Source of the DNA: an uncultured Acidobacteriota bacterium
Lineage (GTDB): Bacteria; Acidobacteriota; Vicinamibacteria; Vicinamibacterales; UBA8438
Assembly (NCBI GenBank): GCA_913043225.1
Contig: CAJWLU010000003.1
Location: 128,001-192,000, forward strand
Length of the DNA: 64,000 nt
Reading direction: 5' to 3'
The notes beneath the pieces are model-generated. The model had not been told where the DNA came from. It searched no databases and saw only the letters and a program-made list of their open reading frames with translations. A program made the position numbers and the translations under genes. This document shows positions 39,216 through 48,876 of this stretch, piece by piece (position 1 is the stretch's first letter; each line of letters starts with the position of its first letter).

Positions 39216-39419
39216 ATGAGTCTGACCAGAATAGGAATGAGCGTCGCGGGAGCCGTGGGCATCATTGCGGCCACGCTTGCTGCGGCGACGATCTGGCTCT
39301 TGCTGACCGATCCGGTCACCGTGGCCGATGCGGTGAACGAGCAGGACGTTACCCCGTTCGTGCGCCAGTTGGCGCGCGTCCTCTATGACGCCGTGATCCG
39401 AATCGCCAGATACCTGTAA
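39216..39419 (+). CDS. Small membrane protein
   Basis: MSLTRIGMSVAGAVGIIAATLAAATIWLLLTDPVTVADAV; one TM plus an amphipathic tail. Confidence 0.7.
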   Translation: MSLTRIGMSVAGAVGIIAATLAAATIWLLLTDPVTVADAVNEQDVTPFVRQLARVLYDAVIRIARYL

Positions 39420-39436
39420 GCGCGCCGTGATGCTCG

Positions 39437-40441
39437 CTACAGGTGGTTCCGCAAGAACGTCACTAGCGCGTACCCATCCATCCATTTAAATGGCGCCTTA
39501 CCGGTGGTGTAGTGGCCGCATGGCAGCACTGTCACATCGTGATTGATGCCTCGCGCCGCGAAGTCGGCAATCAGCTGCTCGGAGAGTTTGACCGGGAAGG
39601 ACAGGTCGTAGCGCGCATAGACGAGCAGCACCGAGCGGGTGCCGAGACGGTCGATGTAGGGATGCGGGCTGATCGGGAGCCAGAGCCGTCGCAGGAGTTC
39701 GAGATCGATGGGGCCGTCCAAGCCGGCGCGGACGTGCGCCGTCGACAAGCCCTCCCAGACCACGTCGGCAAAGAACGGGGAAATGTGATTGAGCGCTGCC
39801 GCCCGCACGAGCGGTTCGTGCGCCGCAGCGAGCATGGCGAGACAGGAGCCGAGGCTGGTGCCCAGGATACCGATCCGCTCGTAGCCCTGTGAGGCCAGCC
39901 ATCCGATGGCTCGGCGCGCGTCGAGGACGGCCTGCCGGTTGACCTGCAGCGTCCGTCCGATGTTCGGGCTGACGATATAGTCCGCCCGGACCAACTCCGG
40001 CGGCATCCGGCTGTCGTGATACGGAAGGCTCAGTCGGAGCGCGCTGATCCCGACCCGGGCCAGCAGTTGGCACAGGCCCACATGGCCCTCCTCGTCCGAA
40101 TTCCACTGCGGCAGCACCAACGTCGCCCGACGCGGACTGTCCCCTTGTTCGGCCGGGAAGTAGCGGGCCGCGACAGTGTTGTTCTCGGCGTGCGGCGTGA
40201 TCAGTGCGGTCGGGAAGAGGAGGGTGTCGCCGTCCAGCGTATAGTCCTCGCAGGACGGGGCTGAGAACCAGTTCGGATTGGCGAGCGCGGCATCGGACCA
40301 GGCCCTCACCCGTTCATCCGGTGCTCCACCGACGGGAGCCCCGTCGAGCCAGTCGAGTCCCCACTCGAACGGCCGCACCACGCGGTTGGTGTCGACAGCG
40401 AGCAGCCGGCGTTCCCAGGCGTGGAAGAATCGAGCGATCAT
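39437..40441 (-). CDS. Alpha/beta hydrolase (ABHD18-like)
   Basis: LPYHDSR, GTSLG nucleophile elbow, ARYD, PCGHY. Confidence 0.88.
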   Translation of the reverse strand: MIARFFHAWERRLLAVDTNRVVRPFEWGLDWLDGAPVGGAPDERVRAWSDAALANPNWFSAPSCEDYTLDGDTLLFPTALITPHAENNTVAARYFPAEQGDSPRRATLVLPQWNSDEEGHVGLCQLLARVGISALRLSLPYHDSRMPPELVRADYIVSPNIGRTLQVNRQAVLDARRAIGWLASQGYERIGILGTSLGSCLAMLAAAHEPLVRAAALNHISPFFADVVWEGLSTAHVRAGLDGPIDLELLRRLWLPISPHPYIDRLGTRSVLLVYARYDLSFPVKLSEQLIADFAARGINHDVTVLPCGHYTTGKAPFKWMDGYALVTFLRNHL

Positions 40442-40543
40442 CCCAAAGCGTCGTCGGCGACCAGCCGACGCATCATCTTACTCGTCAGCGCCGTCGACCG
40501 CGATGGGGACGGCCAGCGGTCGGCGCCGTTGTAGCATGGGACC

Positions 40544-40993
40544 ATGAGTATGAAACATGTCGGCGTCCAAGAGGCGCGCCAGATGCAGTCCGAGGGCGGC
40601 TACACCTATGTGGATGTCCGCTCCGTGACGGAATACGAACAGGGACATGCCGAGGGAGCCCACAACGTCCCGCTTCTGCACCGGGACGCTCAGACTGGGC
40701 AGATGGCGCCGAACGTAGATTTCCTGGTAGTCATGCAGGCCAACTACGCCAGTGACGCCAAGCTTCTGATCGGGTGCCAGGTGGGGGGACGTTCCGCACG
40801 GGCTGCGCAGCTGCTTGCCGCCCAGGGCTATACCGACGTCGTCAACGTTAAGGGGGGCTTCGGCGGGTACCGCGATCCGGCGACCGGGCAGGTCGTCGAC
40901 GAGGGGTGGGCGCCGGCGGGGCTGCCGGTCGAGAGCGGCGACTCGGACGCGGCCGGATACGAGGCGCTTCGCACGAAAGCAGGCGGGTCGTAG
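40544..40993 (+). CDS. Rhodanese-like sulfurtransferase
   Basis: VDVRSVTEYEQGH, GCQVGGRS, VKGGF. Confidence 0.9.
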   Translation: MSMKHVGVQEARQMQSEGGYTYVDVRSVTEYEQGHAEGAHNVPLLHRDAQTGQMAPNVDFLVVMQANYASDAKLLIGCQVGGRSARAAQLLAAQGYTDVVNVKGGFGGYRDPATGQVVDEGWAPAGLPVESGDSDAAGYEALRTKAGGS

Positions 40994-40995
40994 CG

Positions 40996-42333
40996 CTAGC
41001 CGAGGACGGCCTCGCACGCCTCGGCCACCGCCAGGAGTTGGTCGGTCTGATGCCGACGGCCCACCAACTGGAGCCCGACCGGCAACCCGTCTGGTGTCGT
41101 ACCGCAGGGAATCGACACGGCGGGATGGCCCGTGGCGTTGAACAGCTGCGTCAGCCGGAGCATGGCGTTCCGGAGCGGCTCGCGTGTCGCTCCGAAGTCG
41201 ACCGCCTCCGTGCCGAGCCTGTGGGCGGGGATGGCCAGGGCCGGCAGCGCCAGTGCCGACTGGCCCTTGAGCGCCGCGTCAACCGCCGCCGTCAGGACCT
41301 GTCGGCCTCGTTCGGCGCGGACGTAGTCCTCGGCCTGTATATACCGACCTAGTTCGAGTCGGAGACGGACCCCCTGCGTGTAGTCCTCAGGCTGGTGTTC
41401 CAGTCCCTCGGCATGCATGGCTGCCGCCTCGGCGAGTACGAGGTGCAGACACACGACGGCGGTATCGGCCGCATGTGCGATCGGGGTGTCGGTGACCAGC
41501 CAGCCGGCGTCGGTGAGGCGGGTCAGCGCCTGTTCGGTCACCACCCGCACGGACGTATCGAGCAGATCGAAGAAGTACGGCCTAGGACACCCAAGTCGCC
41601 CAGTGGTCGGTTTCCCGAGTATGGGGCTCGGGCTCTTGTCACGGATAGCATGGTAGACGATGCGGGCGTCGGCCACCGAGCGAGTAAGCGGACCGACGTG
41701 GTCGAGGCTTGGCGCCAGCGGGATGACCCCGGCGCAGGTGATCTCGCCAGCCGTGGGTTTGAGTCCGACCAGGCCGCATGCTGCTGCGGGAATTCTCACC
41801 GAGCCCCCGGTGTCGGTGCCGAGCGATGCGAACGCGAGACCCGCGGCGACAGAAACCGCGGACCCGCTGCTCGAACCGCCTGGTGAGCGCTTCGTATCGA
41901 GCGGATGGAGGGTGGGGCCGAACGCCGAGTCCTCGCCGGTCGTGCCGAAGGCGAACTCGTGCAGATTGCAGGTCCCCAGCACCACCGCCCCGGCGGCGCG
42001 TAGCTTTGCCACGACCGGCGCGTCGTCTGGGCTAGGAGTCCTCGCCGTCAATGCAGACGCTGCCGTGGTCGGCGCTCCGGCCACCCGGAACAAATCCTTC
42101 ACCGAGACTGGGATACCGTGCAGCGGACCCCTGTAGTGCCCGTCTGCGATCTCGCGAGCCGCTGTCTCCGCCTCTGCCAGGGCCTGTTCCGGGAGCAAGG
42201 TGGTGAAGGCGTTAAGTGGACTGGCAGCGGCTCGCGCCAGTAATTGCTCGGTCAGCGCGACGGGGGACACCTCACCGCCGGCTAGCGCCGGCGCCAGTTC
42301 ACGAATCTGCCGATGATTCCAAGCGTCGCTCAT
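40996..42333 (-). CDS. Amidase-signature family enzyme (GatA/AtzE-like)
   Basis: GPLHGIPVSVKD, PGGSSSGS, GTDTGGSVRIPA. Confidence 0.93.
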   Translation of the reverse strand: MSDAWNHRQIRELAPALAGGEVSPVALTEQLLARAAASPLNAFTTLLPEQALAEAETAAREIADGHYRGPLHGIPVSVKDLFRVAGAPTTAASALTARTPSPDDAPVVAKLRAAGAVVLGTCNLHEFAFGTTGEDSAFGPTLHPLDTKRSPGGSSSGSAVSVAAGLAFASLGTDTGGSVRIPAAACGLVGLKPTAGEITCAGVIPLAPSLDHVGPLTRSVADARIVYHAIRDKSPSPILGKPTTGRLGCPRPYFFDLLDTSVRVVTEQALTRLTDAGWLVTDTPIAHAADTAVVCLHLVLAEAAAMHAEGLEHQPEDYTQGVRLRLELGRYIQAEDYVRAERGRQVLTAAVDAALKGQSALALPALAIPAHRLGTEAVDFGATREPLRNAMLRLTQLFNATGHPAVSIPCGTTPDGLPVGLQLVGRRHQTDQLLAVAEACEAVLG

Positions 42334-42509
42334 TGGGAGCCTGCCCGGGAGGGCGGGTCCTCATGCACGCCCGCGGCTCGCTGGTTCCACTCGGCGGCGC
42401 GGAGGGTTGCGGTCGCCTTCGCCAGCGCGCGGAGTAGCGGTGTGAGGTCTTCGAGTCTGCGTCGTTGGGCGTCGGTCTCCGCCGCCGAGAGCCATTCGTC
42501 GACCGTCAT
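42330..42509 (-). CDS. 59-aa helical protein coupled to the amidase (missed by the ORF track)
   Basis: MTVDEWLSAAETDAQRRRLEDLTPLLRALAKATATLRAAEWNQ...; ATGA overlaps at both ends. Confidence 0.75.
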   Translation of the reverse strand: MTVDEWLSAAETDAQRRRLEDLTPLLRALAKATATLRAAEWNQRAAGVHEDPPSRAGSQ

Positions 42510-43162
42510 CCTGCCTCCACTGGCCGGCGGATCGCGATAGCGACGCCGTCTCTTACCGGGAGAAAGCTTGTCGCCAGTCGTGAGTCACCCGCCAGACGGG
42601 TGTTGAACGCTGCGATCGCCGCCGTCTCGGCCGGATCTCGCTGTGGCGCGCTCACCAGGCCAGGCACTACCTCGCCTTCCCAGAGGACATTGTCGGTAAT
42701 CAGGAGCCCCCCGGGTCTGAGCAGCTCGACCAGCCGGTCGTGGAGCGGCTCGTACTGCAGCTTGTCGCCGTCGTTGAAGATCAGGTCGAAGGGGCCTGCG
42801 ATCTTGTGCACCAGGCGTGCCGCGTCACCGACCATGACGCTGACCTGATTAGCGAGGCCAGCCGCGGCCAGATGGCCCCGGGCCAGGATGGCCCGGTCGG
42901 CGTCCATCTCTATCGAGATGAGGCGTCCGCTCGCGGAGAGCGCCCGAGCCATCCAGAGCGTCGAGTACCCGTTGGCTGTGCCGATCTCGAGTACGCTTTT
43001 GGCGCCGCTGGCTACCACCATGGCGTGCAGGAACGATCCCACGGTCGAGTCGATGTTCGGGAGACCCAGCGCCTCGCCCTCGGCGGCCACCGTCTCGAGA
43101 AGAGGCGTGGACCTGTCGAGGCTAGCCAGGTAGCGTTCGATCTCTGGCGCGATGATCTGCAT
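42506..43162 (-). CDS. O-methyltransferase (caffeoyl-CoA OMT/YrrM-like)
   Basis: VLEIGTANGYST, FDLIFNDGDK, LRPGGLLITDNVLW. Start ATG 43162. Confidence 0.92.
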   Translation of the reverse strand: MQIIAPEIERYLASLDRSTPLLETVAAEGEALGLPNIDSTVGSFLHAMVVASGAKSVLEIGTANGYSTLWMARALSASGRLISIEMDADRAILARGHLAAAGLANQVSVMVGDAARLVHKIAGPFDLIFNDGDKLQYEPLHDRLVELLRPGGLLITDNVLWEGEVVPGLVSAPQRDPAETAAIAAFNTRLAGDSRLATSFLPVRDGVAIAIRRPVEAG

Positions 43163-43173
43163 GAGCCGCTCCT

Positions 43174-43698
43174 TCAGATCTCGTCCCCGTCGAGCATCTG
43201 CCTGAGCCGGTCTGCGTGCGCCGCGAGGAAACGCCGGTCCCGCTCCCGGTTGGCGGCCGCCTTCGAACGGATGATCTGGCTCAGTTTTGCCACCGGAATC
43301 TCGACCTTGTCGACGAGGAAGGTCCGCCGCTCGGCCCACAGATCATCGAATTCGAATGCCGCGACCTCCAGTGTCAGGTCGACGGCAAGCTCGATGGGAC
43401 GGGCAGCGCGTGTCGTGCATCGTTCGGCCACGACGCGGCGCGGTTGGTCGGCCTCCACGTGGAAGCCGAGCTTGTCACATGCGTCCCATGCGCGAACCAG
43501 ATTCCTGGAATCGAGCGGTAGCAACAGGTCGAGGTCGTCGGTCTCGAAGGTGTCGGCCGGATTCAGTGTATGGAAGTTCGCCCCCCCGACGCCGATCACG
43601 ATGTAGGTAACCCCGGCCTGGTCCAGCTGCCTGGCCACATCGACGAACGTGGCCAACCAAGGTGGGATGCCGCCCTTCACGCGCTCGTTGTCACTCAC
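43174..43698 (-). CDS. Pol-beta-fold nucleotidyltransferase-like protein
   Basis: YIVIGVGG...TDDLDL; SKAAANRERDR tail. Confidence 0.72.
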   Translation of the reverse strand: MSDNERVKGGIPPWLATFVDVARQLDQAGVTYIVIGVGGANFHTLNPADTFETDDLDLLLPLDSRNLVRAWDACDKLGFHVEADQPRRVVAERCTTRAARPIELAVDLTLEVAAFEFDDLWAERRTFLVDKVEIPVAKLSQIIRSKAAANRERDRRFLAAHADRLRQMLDGDEI

Positions 43699-44179
43699 CG
43701 TTCGATGAGGTCTGACCCCGTTCGAGGTAGCGCTTGAGCGATTCGAGCGAGTCAGTCCATCCAGCCGAAATCAGGGCGTAGTACCGTTGCCAGCGCTCCC
43801 CTTCCTCCGAGCCGCTCTGCCGCACGGTCAGCCGAGTGGCTGGACCCTCAACGCCACAGCTCACTTCCAGTGCCATCGGGCCGAACGGCTCCGATTGGGG
43901 TGGGAGCCAGTAGGCGTCGGCCAGAAAGAACTCCTTTTTCGGACGGAACTCCATGACCGTACCGTAGAAGACACCCCCAAGGGTGCCGAGCATCTGATCG
44001 CTGAACGGTGTCGACCGCCATTCCACCGCGTACACCCCGAGCGGACGCGGCGTGGTGACCGAACGCGCCGTGTCCCACCAGTCGCCGAGGGCCTTCGGGT
44101 CGAAGAACGCTGACAGGACGGTGCCGGGGGCCGCGGTGATTACGACCGAATGCTCGAAGGTTAGGGGAGGGACAGCCAT
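43691..44179 (-). CDS. SRPBCC/AHSA1-like protein
   Basis: VITAAPGTVLSAFFDP..WW, TRLTVRQSG, GWTDSLESLKRYLE. Start ATG 44179. Confidence 0.85.
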   Translation of the reverse strand: MAVPPLTFEHSVVITAAPGTVLSAFFDPKALGDWWDTARSVTTPRPLGVYAVEWRSTPFSDQMLGTLGGVFYGTVMEFRPKKEFFLADAYWLPPQSEPFGPMALEVSCGVEGPATRLTVRQSGSEEGERWQRYYALISAGWTDSLESLKRYLERGQTSSNGE

Positions 44180-44217
44180 TAGTGAGACGCTGCCGATGGT
44201 ATCGGTCAGGCCCAGGT

Positions 44218-45375
44218 TCAGTAAAGCAGGTAGCGCTCGCACTGCTGCTTGAATTTGTCGACACCGTCCTCGATGGCGTGGTCCACCTCGGACCAGTCGG
44301 CGTCGGCATCGATCAGCGTTCGTATCCGGGACGAACCGGTCAGGATGTTGATCGGCGGGAGCACGGTCTCGTACTCGTATGGCGGCGTCCGCCAGCGGAA
44401 GTGGTCCGGCGCTTGCGCCCGGCAGGTCGCGAGCACTGCCACGGCCGCTTCCACCGGCTTGAAGCGGATCCGGTCCGTTACATGTAGCTGGCATCCACCG
44501 CACGTTGCTCCGGCGTGCTTCTGGAACGTGGGCTGGAATTCCGTCGGCCGAAAGTGTACGCCCGGCAGACTGCGCGCGTTCAGGGCGTCGGCCAGTGGGG
44601 TGGCTGTGAGCCATGGCGCTCCGAATAGCTCGAACGGCCGGGTGGTGCCTCGACCTTCTGACAGGTTGGTGCCTTCGAGCAGCACCATGCCCGGGTAGAC
44701 AATCGCGCCCTCGAGGGTGGGCAGATTCGGTGAAGGCAGCACCCATGGCAGTCCGGTGTCGTCGTGAAACATCTCCCGCCGCCACCCGTCCATCGTCAGC
44801 ACGTCGAGCTCCGCCCCGATGCCGAACCCTGCGTTGCAGAGCCGGGCCATCTCCCCGATCGTCAGTCCGTGCCGCAACGGCACCGGGTAGAGGCCGACGA
44901 ACGATTCGAAGCCCGGCTCGAGCATCGGGCCTTCGACGGCTAGCCCGCCGATCGGGTTGGGGCGATCACACACGATGACGGGCACCTTGGCCCGTTCGCA
45001 CGCCTTGAGGCAGTTTGCCAGGGTGTGGATATAGGTAAAGACCCGGGTGCCTACGTCCTGCAGATCCACGACCAGCGTGTCGAGGTCGGACAGCATCTCG
45101 GACGTCGGCTCGCGGGTTTCGCCGTAAAGCGAATACACCGGCACGTCTAGGGCAGGATGGCGCGCATGGTCGGTTTCGACCATGTTGTCCTGGACGTCGG
45201 CCCGGAAACCGTGCTGCGGGCCGAACAGCGCCGCCAGTGAGACGTCGGACATCCCGACCACCTGGTCCACGATGTGTCTGAGCCGGCCATCGATCGAGGC
45301 CGGGTTCGAGAGGAGGCCGACCCGCCTATCGGCAATCCGCGGCGCGAGCTTCGCCGAGCCCAGCGAGACTGTCAC
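44218..45375 (-). CDS. namZ: Exo-beta-N-acetylmuramidase NamZ (DUF1343/YbbC)
   Basis: FGPQHGF, YSLYG, DLQDVGTR, DRPNPIGG, WVLPSPNLPT, SEGRGTTRPFE. Confidence 0.92.
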   Translation of the reverse strand: MTVSLGSAKLAPRIADRRVGLLSNPASIDGRLRHIVDQVVGMSDVSLAALFGPQHGFRADVQDNMVETDHARHPALDVPVYSLYGETREPTSEMLSDLDTLVVDLQDVGTRVFTYIHTLANCLKACERAKVPVIVCDRPNPIGGLAVEGPMLEPGFESFVGLYPVPLRHGLTIGEMARLCNAGFGIGAELDVLTMDGWRREMFHDDTGLPWVLPSPNLPTLEGAIVYPGMVLLEGTNLSEGRGTTRPFELFGAPWLTATPLADALNARSLPGVHFRPTEFQPTFQKHAGATCGGCQLHVTDRIRFKPVEAAVAVLATCRAQAPDHFRWRTPPYEYETVLPPINILTGSSRIRTLIDADADWSEVDHAIEDGVDKFKQQCERYLLY

Positions 45376-45451
45376 AGGCGCAATTATAAGGCCGTTGCCT
45401 TATGGTTCAGGACGCTATCCCCAGTCCGTGCTATCATTTGCGACCGACGAC

Positions 45452-46426
45452 ATGTCAACCGCACAGGCCCGGAGCCGGGTTTCCGTGTCGCCGCCGTCTC
45501 CGCCCGCCGTCCGTCCCTTCCTCAAGTGGGCTGGAGGGAAGCGTCAGCTCCTCCCGGAAATTACCCGATTCGTGCCACCCAGTTTCGGGGCGTACTGCGA
45601 GCCGTTCCTGGGGAGCGGTGCCGTGTACTTCGATCTCGAGAGCCGGGGGCTGCTGGAGGGCCGTCGGGCGGCCCTGATGGACAACAACCCCGACCTCATC
45701 GGGGCCTGGCTGTCTCTGCGGGAGGATCCAGAAGCGGTGATCCGTGCGTTGCGTCGGTTGGCCGGATCGCACCGAGACGACCCTAAGGCCGCCTACTACC
45801 GGGTGCGGGACGAGCGTTTCAATCCGGCCCGCGCTGAGCTGATCTCTGCTGGCGGCCGGTGGAGCGAGGATTACGACGCGTCGCTGGCTGCGATGTTCGT
45901 CTACCTTAATCGCACCGGCTTCAATGGCCTGTTCCGCCTCAATAATGCGGGGCGCTTTAATGTGCCCGTGGGTAGATACGCCAACCCTCGGATCTGCGAC
46001 GCTCCCAATCTGCGCGCCGTTTCCACCGTCCTCTCTCGTCCTGGCGTCGAACTGCGCGAGGACCGGTTCGAGTCGGTCTGCGAATGGGCGATGCCGGGCG
46101 ACTTCATCTATTTCGATCCCCCCTACGCTCCAACAAGTGCGACCGCGTCCTTCACCGCCTACACCCCGGGCGGCTTCAACGGCGACGCTCAGCGTCGGCT
46201 CCAGATGGTCGTGGTCGAGCTAGCGCGCCGCGGTTGCCACGTGCTGCTCAGCAACTCCACTGCTCCGGATATCACTGCCCTTTACGCCGATAACGTGATG
46301 GCTCGGGCCGCCGGGTTGCGCGCGGTGCGGGTGTCGGCCCGGCGCGCGATCAACTCCAGGGGCGGATCGCGCGGAGCGGTCGAGGAGTACCTAATCTCCA
46401 ATATCCCGGCTCGCGACCGAACCTGA
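45452..46426 (+). CDS. dam: Dam/DpnM-type DNA adenine methyltransferase (orphan)
   Basis: PFLKWAGGKRQL, EPFLGSGAV, LNRTGFNGLFR.N..G.FNVP.G, YFDPPY. Confidence 0.92.
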   Translation: MSTAQARSRVSVSPPSPPAVRPFLKWAGGKRQLLPEITRFVPPSFGAYCEPFLGSGAVYFDLESRGLLEGRRAALMDNNPDLIGAWLSLREDPEAVIRALRRLAGSHRDDPKAAYYRVRDERFNPARAELISAGGRWSEDYDASLAAMFVYLNRTGFNGLFRLNNAGRFNVPVGRYANPRICDAPNLRAVSTVLSRPGVELREDRFESVCEWAMPGDFIYFDPPYAPTSATASFTAYTPGGFNGDAQRRLQMVVVELARRGCHVLLSNSTAPDITALYADNVMARAAGLRAVRVSARRAINSRGGSRGAVEEYLISNIPARDRT

Positions 46427-46500
46427 CGGTTGACGGCGTTCGATAGGTAGGGCGAACACGGGTATGATGTCCGTTTCGATCCACGCTCGATGGAGCTGCC

Positions 46501-47658
46501 GTGACCAATACCGAGCTGCATACTGACCTGCGCACCGCCGTGCGCGAGCTCTGCTCCCACTTTCCCGATACCTACTGGCGAGAGCTCGACGCGAAGGAGG
46601 CGTATCCCGAGGAATTCGTTAAGACGCTGACCGAGGCCGGATTCCTGGCCGCTCTGATCCCCGAAGATCTCGGCGGGTCTGGCCTGGGGATCGCCGAAGC
46701 GTCGATCATCCTCGAGGAGGTGAATCGTTCGGGTGGGAACTCCGCCGCTTGCCACGCGCAGATGTACATCATGGGCACGTTGCTGCGGCACGGGTCCGAC
46801 AAACAGCGTCGCCAGTATCTGCCCAAGATCGCCTCGGGCGAACTGCGTCTGCAGGCGTTCGGCGTGACCGAGCCGACGACGGGCACCGATACGACGCAGA
46901 TGAAGACGATGGCTGTCCGCAAGGGTGATAACTATGTTGTCAATGGGCAGAAGGTGTGGATTTCGCGGGTCGAGTACTCGGACCTGATGCTACTGGTTGC
47001 GCGCACCACGCCGATCGAAGAGGTCAAGAAGAAGACCGAGGGCCTGACCGCCATGCTGGTCGATCTGAAGCAGGCAGTGGGGAGCGGGATGACGGTGGTA
47101 CCCATCCGGGCGATGATCAATCACGCGACGACCGAGGTGTTCTTCGACAATCTTGAGGTGCCGGTGGCGAATCGGATCGGCGAAGAGGGGCAGGGGTTTC
47201 GTTATCTCCTTGACGGTCTGAACGCCGAGCGGATCCTGATTGCGGCCGAGTGCGTCGGTGACGGTCGCTGGTTTATCGACCGGGCCCGGAAGTACGCCAG
47301 CGATCGCGTCGTCTTTGGCCGGCCGATCGGTCAGAACCAGGGCATCCAGTTCCCGATTGCGCGCGCGCACGTCAACGTTGAGGCTGCCGATCTCATGCGG
47401 ATCCGGGCTGCTGCGCTGTTTGACGAAGGGAAATCCTGTGGCGCCGAAGCGAACATGGCGAAGCTGTTGGCCGCCGACGCCTCTTGGGAGGCGGCGAATG
47501 TCACCATGCAGACCTATGGAGGGTTCGGATTCGCCGAGGAGTACGACATCGAGCGCAAGTTTCGCGAGACTCGGCTCTATCAGACGGCGCCGATCTCGAC
47601 GAATCTCATCCTGTCCTACATCGGCCAGCACGTGTTGGGCATGCCGCGGTCGTTCTGA
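46501..47658 (+). CDS. Acyl-CoA dehydrogenase (PA0879/methylsuccinyl-CoA dehydrogenase-like)
   Basis: EEVNRSGGNSAACHAQMY, GVTEPTTGTDTT, GLNAERILIAAEC, ERKFRETRLYQTAPISTNL. Confidence 0.9.
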   Translation: MTNTELHTDLRTAVRELCSHFPDTYWRELDAKEAYPEEFVKTLTEAGFLAALIPEDLGGSGLGIAEASIILEEVNRSGGNSAACHAQMYIMGTLLRHGSDKQRRQYLPKIASGELRLQAFGVTEPTTGTDTTQMKTMAVRKGDNYVVNGQKVWISRVEYSDLMLLVARTTPIEEVKKKTEGLTAMLVDLKQAVGSGMTVVPIRAMINHATTEVFFDNLEVPVANRIGEEGQGFRYLLDGLNAERILIAAECVGDGRWFIDRARKYASDRVVFGRPIGQNQGIQFPIARAHVNVEAADLMRIRAAALFDEGKSCGAEANMAKLLAADASWEAANVTMQTYGGFGFAEEYDIERKFRETRLYQTAPISTNLILSYIGQHVLGMPRSF

Positions 47659-47663
47659 TCACC

Positions 47664-48842
47664 ATGCTTCCTCTCGAGGGGGTCACCGTCCTCTCGCTCG
47701 AGCAGGCGGTGGCCGCGCCCTTCGCGACCCGCCAGCTGGCTGATCTGGGCGCCCGCGTCATCAAGATCGAGCGCCCCGGTGTGGGTGACTTCGCACGTTC
47801 GTATGACGCGACGGTGCAGGGCGAGTCGTCGCACTTCGTCTGGCTCAACCGGTCGAAGCAGTCGCTCACGCTCGATGTCAAGCATCCCGAGGCCGCTGAG
47901 GTGCTATCGCGGTTACTCAGCCGGGCGGACGTCTTCGTACAAAACCTGGCCCCGGGGGCGACCGGCCGACTTGGCCTGTCCGCCGAGACGTTGCGGGCGC
48001 GGTATCCCCGCCTGGTGGTTTGTGAGATCTCCGGCTATGGCTCGACGGGCCCCTACCGGGACCGCAAGGCGTACGACCTGCTGGTGCAGGCCGAGGCAGG
48101 GCTGCTCTCGATCACCGGCACGCCGGACGAGTCGGTGAAGGTAGGTATCTCGGTGGCGGACATCGCGGCCGGGATGTATGCCTATTCCGGCATCCTGACC
48201 GCGCTGTTGATGCGACACCAGACTAATGCCGGCACGGTCGTGGAGGTTTCGATGCTCGAAGCTCTGGGTGAGTGGATGTCGTATCCGTACTACTACGGTG
48301 TCTACGGCGGTACTCCGCCTCCACGCTCAGGAGCCAAGCATGCCGTGATCGCCCCCTACGGTCCGTTCGCCGGCGGCGATGGAGACGTCGTCTATCTCGG
48401 TATCCAGAATGAGCGGGAGTGGAAGCTCTTCTGCGCCGATGTGTTGCGCAGTCCCGAGCTCGCCGCGGATCCACGGTTCGACTCTAACGCGCGTCGCGTG
48501 GCGAATCAGCGGGACCTCGACCTGGAGATCGAAACGGTTTTCAGCGCCCTCGCCACTCCGGAGATTTTGGAGCGGCTGGAGCGCGCGAAGATTGCCAGCG
48601 GGCGGATGCGGACGGTGGCGCAGTTCGCCGAACACGAGCAACTGGCGGCCCGGTCGCGCTGGTGCGATGTGGAGACACCATCGGGCACCATCCGCGCCAC
48701 CTTACCGCCCGCCACCATTGAGGACGTCAAGCCGGTCATGGCGTCCGTGCCCTCGCTTGGCGAGGCCACCGATGCGGTCTTGGACGAGCTGGGTTTCGAT
48801 TCCTCGACGGTCCGTCGGTGGCGCGACGATGGAGTGATCTAA
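47664..48842 (+). CDS. CaiB/BaiF CoA-transferase (itaconate CoA-transferase-like)
   Basis: LEQAVAAPFATRQLADLGARVIKIERPGVGDFAR, SHFVWLNRSK, KAYDLL. Confidence 0.9.
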   Translation: MLPLEGVTVLSLEQAVAAPFATRQLADLGARVIKIERPGVGDFARSYDATVQGESSHFVWLNRSKQSLTLDVKHPEAAEVLSRLLSRADVFVQNLAPGATGRLGLSAETLRARYPRLVVCEISGYGSTGPYRDRKAYDLLVQAEAGLLSITGTPDESVKVGISVADIAAGMYAYSGILTALLMRHQTNAGTVVEVSMLEALGEWMSYPYYYGVYGGTPPPRSGAKHAVIAPYGPFAGGDGDVVYLGIQNEREWKLFCADVLRSPELAADPRFDSNARRVANQRDLDLEIETVFSALATPEILERLERAKIASGRMRTVAQFAEHEQLAARSRWCDVETPSGTIRATLPPATIEDVKPVMASVPSLGEATDAVLDELGFDSSTVRRWRDDGVI

Positions 48843-48860
48843 GACGAGGGAGTGATCTAA
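48825..48860 (+). repeat. 18-bp tandem duplication of the CoA-transferase 3' end
   Basis: GACGATGGAGTGATCTAA followed by GACGAGGGAGTGATCTAA (1 mismatch). Confidence 0.8.
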
Positions 48861-48876
48861 TAGGAGAGGAGTCACG

